From Vulcanimicrobiaceae bacterium (GTDB lineage: Bacteria; Vulcanimicrobiota; Vulcanimicrobiia; Vulcanimicrobiales; Vulcanimicrobiaceae), in assembly GCA_046262595.1 (NCBI GenBank), contig JBHEMM010000021.1, positions 1 to 42,557 of the forward strand: DNA of 42,557 nt, given 5' to 3'. Within the stretch, counting starts at the first letter, position 1. The number at the start of each line of letters is the position of its first letter. A program made the translations under genes and the position numbers. Below, in pieces: positions 36,022-42,557 of the stretch. The notes under the pieces are model-generated. The model was not told the origin of the DNA. It did no database searches and was given only the letters and a program-made list of their open reading frames with translations.

Positions 36022-37760
36022 AGGCCTTGCTGGCCTCGCTCTACGCACAAAATCCTGACGGCATCGCTGTGTTCGATCGCGACGGACTTTTAGTGTCCTG
36101 CAATGCCGGCGCGCTGTCCATGACGGGGTTTCGATCACTGCAGGACGTTTTGGGTGCACACTTCAGCCGCAGCATTTTGCGGGCAGATCGCGACCGGGTG
36201 CAAGAGGCATTTGTGCACGCGCTCGCCGGTGGAACGGACCACTTCCAATCCTTGCTGTCCTTGGAAAACGGCGGCACGATGCCGGTCGAGATTTCGATGT
36301 TTGCCGCTTCGTCCGGAAGCGAAGTGCGCGGCGTGTTCGCGCAGATGCGCGACGTGCTCACGCTGCATGCGGCCGAAGAGTCGCTCACCGTCAGTCAGCA
36401 GCGGTTCCGCTCGCTGTTCGAATACCATCCCGACGCGATTGTCGCTCTCAAACCGGATGGAACGATATCGCGCGTGAACGTCTCGCTCGAGGCGACGACC
36501 GGGTACTTCGGCGAGCACGTCATTGGAAAACCGTGGCTGACGCTCGTTGCGCCCGAGCATCACCAGGACGCGCGCAATTCGTTTGCGTCCGCAGCCGCCG
36601 GGACGGCTTCGGAATTCGACGCACATCTGCTCGATAAGTCCGGCGGCAACATCGCGGTCCAGATCAAAGTGGTTCCCGTACGCGTTGGCGAGGAGGTCGA
36701 AGGGGCCTACGTCATCGCAAAGGACGTGAGGGCGCAGCATCGCGCCGAAGCAGCGATCGCGCTGCAGAGCGAGCGCATGCGCGAGCTCTACCTCGCTGCT
36801 TCGGCACGCGGAACCTCGGTCGAGGTGCAAATCGATAACACGCTTGCGCTCGGCTGCCGTTTGTTCGGATTCGACTACGGATACGTCACGCGTTTTGAGG
36901 GCGAAACGCTCGCCGTTCTCAATGCGGTGGGGCAAGGAGCGGGGCTTGTCTCCGGCACCGTGTTCGACTTCGATAAATCGCTTTCACGTCACTTGACCGA
37001 AGAACGGCAGTCGCTTTTTGTTGCGGACCTCGATGCTCCCGCGTGGCGCTCGGATCCCGCGCGCAGCAGCGCACCGTGGAGGTCGTACTTTGCATCCAGA
37101 CTGATTGTCAACAACGCTGCCTTCGGCGCGCTTGTTTTTGCGGGCCGCGCGGCGCGCGAGGACGTGACCGAACTGGACCGCGACCTGCTGCATCTCATGG
37201 GTTTGTTCGTCGCGGCTGCGCTCGAGCGCGTGCGCTACGCTGAGAGCATCGAGCAACTCGCGTTTTTCGATTCGCTCACCGGTTTGCCGAACCGCGTTCT
37301 GTTCGACGATCGCATGCGGCAGACCATAGGCGCCGCCAAACGTTACGGCCGCGGTTTTGCCGTCATGTACTTGGACCTGGACGATTTTAAAGACGTCAAC
37401 GATCGCTTTGGTCATTCGCAAGGCGACCGTCTGCTTAAAGCCGTCGTGGAGCGGCTCACGGGTGTGTTACGAGAGAGCGATACGCTGGCGCGTTTCGGCG
37501 GCGACGAGTTCGTTATTTTGCAGCCCGTTGTGGACGGCGCCGCGGATGCCGCCGATCTTGCTCAAAAACTGGTAAATGCGCTGCGCGATCCGGTCGAGAT
37601 CGAAGGACACGTCCAGGCGGTCAGCACGAGCATCGGCGTCGCCCTTTACCCCGGCGACGGTGTCGATGCGGCCGAACTGTTGGAATCGGCGGATCGAGCG
37701 CTCTACCGCGCTAAACGGGCGGGACGCAACACCTGGCAGTTCAGCTCCCGTGAGAGATGA
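36000..37760 (+). CDS. Diguanylate cyclase PAS-PAS-GAF-GGDEF
   Basis: D.LTGLPNR, DLDDFK.VND.FGH..GD, I-site RESD, ARFGGDEF and SIG.A.YP. Confidence 0.93.
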   Translation: METHATLEALLASLYAQNPDGIAVFDRDGLLVSCNAGALSMTGFRSLQDVLGAHFSRSILRADRDRVQEAFVHALAGGTDHFQSLLSLENGGTMPVEISMFAASSGSEVRGVFAQMRDVLTLHAAEESLTVSQQRFRSLFEYHPDAIVALKPDGTISRVNVSLEATTGYFGEHVIGKPWLTLVAPEHHQDARNSFASAAAGTASEFDAHLLDKSGGNIAVQIKVVPVRVGEEVEGAYVIAKDVRAQHRAEAAIALQSERMRELYLAASARGTSVEVQIDNTLALGCRLFGFDYGYVTRFEGETLAVLNAVGQGAGLVSGTVFDFDKSLSRHLTEERQSLFVADLDAPAWRSDPARSSAPWRSYFASRLIVNNAAFGALVFAGRAAREDVTELDRDLLHLMGLFVAAALERVRYAESIEQLAFFDSLTGLPNRVLFDDRMRQTIGAAKRYGRGFAVMYLDLDDFKDVNDRFGHSQGDRLLKAVVERLTGVLRESDTLARFGGDEFVILQPVVDGAADAADLAQKLVNALRDPVEIEGHVQAVSTSIGVALYPGDGVDAAELLESADRALYRAKRAGRNTWQFSSRER

Positions 37761-39006
37761 TCTGCTGCGCCACATAAAATACCGAAAGTCCACCGACCAC
37801 CGCGACGGTGCTCCAAGCCAGAACGTTGAACGTGCGCGAATTCGTATGGCGGCCCATGACGCTGCGCTTATTGATAATGATTAGCATGAGCACGAGCTCC
37901 GGTGGCAGGAGAATGCCTTGCAGCACCTGTGCGTCGATCGTGAATTTCAGATAAGGCACGCCCGGAATCAGGACAATGGCTGCACCGGCGAGGAGTCCGG
38001 CTGCGAACAGAGTGAAGAAGACCGGCGCTTCCCTGAATTTCCGATCCACCGCAGCTTCGAAGCCCAGCGCCTCGCAAATCACGTAGCTCGTCGAGAGCGG
38101 CAGCACCGTTGCTGTAAAGAGTCCGGCGTTCAGGATGCCCAGCGCGAACACGACGCCGGCAAACTCGCCGGCGAGCGGGTAGAGTGCCCGCGCGAAGTCC
38201 GCCGCTTGCTGCGGCACCAAGTGCGCTCCGTGTTCGTTGGCCAAATAAATCGTTGCGGCGTTGGCGATAATCATAAATCCAGCCAGTGCAATCGCCAGGA
38301 TCGATCCATTCACGACGTCGGCGCGTGCCAACCCCAGGTCTTCCTCGCCGGTGCCTTTTTCGACCACTTGAGATTGCAGAAAGAATTGCATGTACGGCGA
38401 GATCGTGGTGCCGATCAAGCCGACGATCATTACCAGATATGCGCTATCGTTGAAGTGCAGGTCCGGCGCCATGGTTGCAGCTGCCACCGCGTGCCAGTCG
38501 GGATGGGCCAGTAACGCCGAAACGATATAGCTCACGTAGAGCAGCGAAAACACGACGAAAGTGCGCTCGACCACCTTGTTGTTCATGCCCAGAATGAACG
38601 TGAAGACGGCTATCAGCGCGAGCGGCACAGCGATAAAGCGCGAGATGTGAAAGATCATCTCCGAGCCCGCAGCAATGCCGACGAACTCGGTTGCCGTGAT
38701 GCCGGTGTTGATGACGAACAGCGCCGCCATCGCGAAGAACGAGATGCGCACGCCGAAGTTCTCGCGAATGAGCGCTGCCAAGCCTTTGCCGGTTACGACG
38801 CCCATGCGTGTGGCCATTTCTTGTACGACGATCAACGAGACGGCGAGCGGAAGCAGCACCCACAGCACGCGGTACCCGAACAACGCGCCGGCTTGCGAGT
38901 ACGTCGCAATGCCGCCGACGTCGTTGCCTGCGGAGGCGGCGATAAAGCCCGGCCCCAACACGCCGAACAGCAGAACGATCGAGCGCCAAAGCGATCGGCG
39001 CTTCAT
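37741..39006 (-). CDS. Nramp-related divalent metal transporter, probably the Mg2+-type (NRMT) subfamily
   Basis: LGPG, AGNDVGGIATYSQAG (not the DPGN of MntH), QEM..RMG.VTGKGL and GTTISPYMQF. It lies under an M-box riboswitch. Confidence 0.88.
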   Translation of the reverse strand: MKRRSLWRSIVLLFGVLGPGFIAASAGNDVGGIATYSQAGALFGYRVLWVLLPLAVSLIVVQEMATRMGVVTGKGLAALIRENFGVRISFFAMAALFVINTGITATEFVGIAAGSEMIFHISRFIAVPLALIAVFTFILGMNNKVVERTFVVFSLLYVSYIVSALLAHPDWHAVAAATMAPDLHFNDSAYLVMIVGLIGTTISPYMQFFLQSQVVEKGTGEEDLGLARADVVNGSILAIALAGFMIIANAATIYLANEHGAHLVPQQAADFARALYPLAGEFAGVVFALGILNAGLFTATVLPLSTSYVICEALGFEAAVDRKFREAPVFFTLFAAGLLAGAAIVLIPGVPYLKFTIDAQVLQGILLPPELVLMLIIINKRSVMGRHTNSRTFNVLAWSTVAVVGGLSVFYVAQQIISHGS

Positions 39007-40298
39007 GGCGCGGTTTGCCGGCGAACGCGGCTGCGCCCGGTGAACCGCGGAAGTTTCTTCGCCCAATCCTCGGGCATGATGGCGTCGATCGCATCGTCCA
39101 CCGTAACGATGCCGAGCATCGTGCCAGCTTCGTTTACTACGGGGACGGCGAGCAGATCGTAACGTGCGATTGCGGCGGCAACCGAGCGCGAATCATCGCC
39201 CGGCGTGACGGTGATGATCTCACTCTGCATGATGCGTTCGATCGGTGCGGCGGGGTCCGCGAGCAGCAGCGCGCGCAGCGTGAGGACGCCCAACAGCCGG
39301 TCTTGCTTGTCAACGACGTACAAATAGTAAATGAACTCGGATTCCGGCGCGATCTCGCGGATCTTGCGGATCGTTTGCTCTGCGCTGCGATGCGGATAGA
39401 TCCACGTGTAATCCGTCGTCATGAGTCCGCCGGCGGTGTCATCTTCGTACTTGACCAGTTCGCGCAGCTCGCCGGCCGTATATTCGTTCATCTCCGCAAG
39501 CAGTTCGAACTGCTCTTCGTCAGAGAGTTCTGCGAGCAGATCGGCCGCGTCATCGGAATCCATCTCCTCGATGATGTCGGCGGCGCGCTCCGTGCCGATG
39601 TCGCCGATGATCGTGCGCTGCGTATCCGCATCGAGGTGTTCGAGTGCATCGGCGGCCGTTTCATCGTCGAGCGAGTGAATGACGGCGGCGGCTTCGCGTG
39701 CAGAGAGATCGCTGATGATCTCGGCCAGCTCGCTCGGATGCAGACGCGCAAGTTTGCTTTCTTTGACCGAGAGCGTCACTTGCGCGGGTGTATTCTCACG
39801 AATCGGCGCGACGGAGTTCCAGGCGATCATCGATCGCGGCACGCTCCGGTAGATCCATGGTGTGAAACGCTTTCCGAACTGCTTGAGGCCCAGACGCCGC
39901 AGCAGGCCGCTTACGCCCACGTCGGCGGCAACCACGCGCAGCTTTCCGCCCGTGTTCGCGAGCTCGATGTCGTTGATGCGCACGACTTTACGCCCGTCCA
40001 CGTCCACGATCTGTTTGTCCAGCAGATCGTTGATGAGATACAGCGCATCCTCGTCGAGCGGCGCGGCAAGCTTTGGCGCGGCGGTCAACGCCACTGCGCC
40101 GCTGAAATCGACATCCGCCACGGTGTCCATCGGTGCGAAGCGTGGGCCTTGCGCAGTCTTGATCACCAGCCCATCGACCGCGGGGAAGACTTCGTCCGGA
40201 TTGTTAACCAGAAAGTCGGTGACTCTGCCGATCGGCAGATCGTTTACGGTCGCGCGGCGGCCGACGAGTTCGGAGATGAATCCGTCTTGGAAGGGCAT
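39003..40298 (-). CDS. Soluble PRC-barrel / MgtE_N / CBS-pair protein (MgtE cytosolic part without the membrane domain)
   Basis: GGAGGTG Shine-Dalgarno and ATG at 40298. Motifs LLDKQIVDVDGRKVVRIND, LHPSELAEI, MDSDDAADLL, YEDDTAGGLMT and YDLLAVPVV...GIVTVDD. No TM segments. Confidence 0.9.
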   Translation of the reverse strand: MPFQDGFISELVGRRATVNDLPIGRVTDFLVNNPDEVFPAVDGLVIKTAQGPRFAPMDTVADVDFSGAVALTAAPKLAAPLDEDALYLINDLLDKQIVDVDGRKVVRINDIELANTGGKLRVVAADVGVSGLLRRLGLKQFGKRFTPWIYRSVPRSMIAWNSVAPIRENTPAQVTLSVKESKLARLHPSELAEIISDLSAREAAAVIHSLDDETAADALEHLDADTQRTIIGDIGTERAADIIEEMDSDDAADLLAELSDEEQFELLAEMNEYTAGELRELVKYEDDTAGGLMTTDYTWIYPHRSAEQTIRKIREIAPESEFIYYLYVVDKQDRLLGVLTLRALLLADPAAPIERIMQSEIITVTPGDDSRSVAAAIARYDLLAVPVVNEAGTMLGIVTVDDAIDAIMPEDWAKKLPRFTGRSRVRRQTAP

Positions 40299-40328
40299 TT
40301 TTTTCACCTCCGATCTAAAGGCGCTACG

Positions 40329-40658
40329 GCCTTGCCTGCGCGCCCCCCACCTGCGGTGGGGCCCCCACCCGGTACGGCGCGTGATGCTGCATTCTGTTTT
40401 CCGACTCCCCGAGGGCGCCGCCATGGTGCGTTGAGCCTTGCCTGCGCGCCCCCCACCTGCGGTGGGGCTCCACCCGGTACGGCGCGTGATGCTGCGTTCT
40501 GTTTTCCGACTCCCCGAGGGCGCCGCCGTGGTGCGTTGAGCCTTGCCTGCGCGCCCCCCGCCTGCGGTGGGCGCCCCTGGTACGGCGCGTGATGCTGCGT
40601 TCTGTTGCGACTCCCCAAGGGCGCCGCCATGGTGCGTTGAGCCTTGCCTGCGCGCCCC
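40329..40658. repeat. Tandem array of three ~105-bp hairpin-rich units plus an 18-bp partial unit
   Basis: GCCTTGCCTGCGCGCCCC starts at 40329, 40435, 40540 and 40641, giving unit lengths of 106, 105 and 101. The intervening sequences are near-identical. Confidence 0.95.
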
Positions 40659-40675
40659 ATTTGCGTAATGCCGGC

Positions 40676-40712
40676 AAAAGAAAAAAGACTGGCCTAAAGT
40701 TGCAGGACAGCC
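40676..40712 (-). terminator. Intrinsic terminator of the M-box expression platform
   Basis: The minus strand reads GGCTGTCCT-GCAACTTT-AGGCCAGTC followed by TTTTTTCTTTT, directly after the aptamer. Confidence 0.75.
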
Positions 40713-40722
40713 TCGTGCGGTC

Positions 40723-40896
40723 ATACCCCAGTCGCAACTGCTTTGGCACCACGCATCGTAAAGCGTCCCGGCAAGGCCGCTTAGCCGCATTAGACACCGC
40801 CTTGTCTCGGCGCAGTCTGGTCTACCCGGTTGGCGTCTCTCGACGTTTCTGGGCAGCGGCTTGTGTATCGCGTGGACGCCTCACCTAGCGAGGTAT
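40723..40896 (-). ncRNA. M-box (ykoK) Mg2+ riboswitch
   Basis: The minus strand carries the conserved ykoK-leader blocks CTCGCTAGGTGAGGC...GCCGCTGCCCAGAAACGTCGAGAGACGCCAA..GGGTAGA...TAATGCGGCT...GTGCCAAAGC...GCGA, upstream of Mg-transport genes. Confidence 0.92.
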
Positions 40897-40906
40897 CCTT
40901 ATTCTT

Positions 40907-40912
40907 AGTATA
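40907..40912 (-). promoter_or_regulatory. Probable sigma70 -10 element for the riboswitch transcript
   Basis: TATACT on the minus strand about 10 nt upstream of the aptamer. No well-spaced -35 was seen. Confidence 0.45.
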
Positions 40913-41077
40913 GGCGCCCCCGTCAACCGCCTCCGTAGGGACGCGAAAAACGGTAAGGTTTCCTGCGGCGGGCGAGGCTCATGCCCAGGGCAAGCAAGTA
41001 TTCCTTGCGGCAACGGCAATCGCTGCGCGAATCATCGCTTTAGGGCCGGCGGCATGCCGGACCGATGCGAGCGCGGC

Positions 41078-42484
41078 TTAACCCAACGCCGAGCTCTGAT
41101 TGAGATTCGGCAGCGTTGCCGCGCGCGAGACCAGCTGTGCGACGAGCTGAGCGTCGACTTGCATCTGCGAGGTGACGCTGATGTCGATGTTGGTCAGAAC
41201 TTGATCTTTGATAAAGTCGCTCGAGGCCTGCGCGACGTTCGTGTCGCGAATCGCCGATTCGCTTGCGAGCTGATTGACGGTTTCAAGCGATGCGTTGTTC
41301 GCGTCTTCCTGCAAGGAAACGTTCTGCGCGCCGACCGTGGCGCGCACTTGGCTGATCGCATCGATGGCATTTGATACGCGCGCCTCGGCGTCGGCGGCCG
41401 CGGCGGCATTACTCGTCGTACCGGTGACGTTGTTTTCGTAATCGACGGCCGTCGGCTGCAGAATGCTTATCGAAGAGATACCTAAGGCGCTCGTGGAAAC
41501 GCTCGGCAAGCTGATCTGAATGATACCGCCTTCGGTTCCATTTGAATTGACCTGCAAGGCTTGCCCGGTCGGAGTCGAGGCGCTCGAAGGGTCGAACGTT
41601 TCAAAAGCCATGGTGACGCCGGCGTCTTGCGCCGAGAGATTCGCAAGTTCGAAACGCAGCATGGAAAGCGCGCCGCTTGCATTGTTGATGTACAGCGGGT
41701 TGCCCGGGCCTGCGCCCTGATTTACGCCCGTTCCGGTCGCGAGCGCTCCCGTCGATATCTGTTCCGTTGCGCCGTTCGTTCCGCCGAAATTCGGATCGGA
41801 ACTGTATTGCGTAATCTTCACGTAATCGCCGGGCATGCCGAGCGGCCCGACCACGGGGTCCACCGGATTCGTACTATACGAAAGGACCTGAAACTCGGTC
41901 AAGCCGGAAACGAAGCCGCTCTGCTGATAAAAGGCGTTGTAGATGAGCGGTCCGGCGTTCGGGGAGCCGCTGCCCGTTGCGTCGTAAACGTTCGTTCCTG
42001 TGCTGTTCGAGTCGAACGGTTTGACTTGAACGACGCGCGCCGTCGTGTTGTACGCCGACGAAAACGTTGCCAGCGATCCGTCGAAGAGCTTGATGTTGTT
42101 GAATTTTGCCGCGCCGGAAATCTTGTTGATTTCCAAAAGCAGCGTGTCTATCTCCGACTGAATGGCTTGAAGTTGGCCCGAGGAGTTAAGATCGCTTGCA
42201 GCTTGCGCGATCAGCGTATGGATGCGCGTGAGAATGCCTTCGACGCCTGCTAGGGTGGCGTCGGCGGCATTGAGCAAGTTGCTTGCGGCTTGGACGTTTT
42301 GTGCGCCTTGCTGCAGTCCGCTCACGCGGGCCTGTATCGTGTTTGCGATTTCAAGGCCGCTAGGATCGTCGGAAGCGGAAACAACGCGAAGGCCGCTGGC
42401 CAACGCGCGTACATTGCGTTCCTCGTCTTTTTGAGTCCGGAAAAGGTTTAGCTCAACCTGTCCCGTGCTCCCTAGCACATCCAT
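41078..42484 (-). CDS. Flagellin-family protein (divergent)
   Basis: N-domain LASGLRV.SASDDPSGL.IA...LQQGAQN.Q...FNNIKLFDGS and C-domain AIDAISQVRATVGAQ...SESAIRDTNVA. ATG at 42484. Confidence 0.88.
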   Translation of the reverse strand: MDVLGSTGQVELNLFRTQKDEERNVRALASGLRVVSASDDPSGLEIANTIQARVSGLQQGAQNVQAASNLLNAADATLAGVEGILTRIHTLIAQAASDLNSSGQLQAIQSEIDTLLLEINKISGAAKFNNIKLFDGSLATFSSAYNTTARVVQVKPFDSNSTGTNVYDATGSGSPNAGPLIYNAFYQQSGFVSGLTEFQVLSYSTNPVDPVVGPLGMPGDYVKITQYSSDPNFGGTNGATEQISTGALATGTGVNQGAGPGNPLYINNASGALSMLRFELANLSAQDAGVTMAFETFDPSSASTPTGQALQVNSNGTEGGIIQISLPSVSTSALGISSISILQPTAVDYENNVTGTTSNAAAAADAEARVSNAIDAISQVRATVGAQNVSLQEDANNASLETVNQLASESAIRDTNVAQASSDFIKDQVLTNIDISVTSQMQVDAQLVAQLVSRAATLPNLNQSSALG

Positions 42485-42486
42485 TT

Positions 42487-42515
42487 GGAAGGTCTGTTTC
42501 CTCCATGAAACTTCC
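42487..42515 (-). promoter_or_regulatory. CsrA/RsmA-type hairpin in the flagellin 5' UTR
   Basis: The minus strand reads GGAA-GTTTC-ATGGAG-GAAAC-AGACC-TTCC, placing ANGGA in a hexaloop that overlaps the GGAGG. Confidence 0.55.
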
Positions 42516-42528
42516 CTACGTATCAATT

Positions 42529-42555
42529 CTATCGGCGCGTAAGAGAAAAAATTGC
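42529..42555 (-). promoter_or_regulatory. Putative sigma28 promoter of the flagellin gene
   Basis: The minus strand reads GCAA-N15-GCCGATAG. Confidence 0.6.
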
Positions 42556-42557
42556 GT

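Noticed and set aside
39015..40592. Long antisense or alternate-frame ORFs (this one, 33153..34442, 19354..20523, 17462..18700 and others)
   Set aside because: They are shadows of well-supported genes in GC-rich DNA, with Arg/Ala-rich translations and no recognisable motifs.
40329..40658. CRISPR array (an 18-bp motif repeated four times)
   Set aside because: The intervening 83-88 bp segments are near-identical to each other rather than unique spacers, and there are no cas genes in the window.
40299..40790. N-terminal extension of the MgtE-like ORF (595 aa in the track)
   Set aside because: It runs through the riboswitch, terminator and repeats, which simply lack minus-strand stop codons. 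A strong GGAGGTG Shine-Dalgarno marks ATG 40298 as the start.
40907..40926. Full sigma70 promoter TTGACG...TATACT on the minus strand
   Set aside because: The two hexamers are only 8 nt apart, so only the -10 was retained.
1..42557. tRNA/rRNA genes, transposases, integrases, phage or defence genes
   Set aside because: None were recognisable in the ORFs or the short intergenic regions.

Overview
A GC-rich bacterial chromosomal segment from a scaffold with two 10-N gaps (27990-27999 and 34685-34694). The gene style suggests Eremiobacterota/Vulcanimicrobiota, which is an inference only. In order, it holds a 5'-truncated BtuF/TroA-like binding protein, hflX, a trypsin-like lipoprotein, a GYG-filter channel and a small lipoprotein. 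A complete nuoA-N operon follows, with a Rex-like operator and an extra secreted-protein gene coupled between nuoF and nuoG. Next come a five-gene DUF11/large beta-barrel surface locus, small membrane ORFs, a TPR protein, RidA, a group II PLP decarboxylase, a hybrid histidine kinase and a diguanylate cyclase. The window ends with an M-box-controlled operon (MgtE cytosolic domain plus Nramp-related transporter) whose leader carries three ~105-bp tandem hairpin repeats, and a divergent flagellin. The best candidate for an undescribed system is 19010-30370. Its proteins carry split DUF11 domains distributed as acceptor-only, donor+acceptor and donor-only, next to a large outer-membrane barrel and behind a sigma28-like promoter. 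This pattern fits a pilus-like fibre assembled by strand donation and possibly locked by isopeptide bonds.
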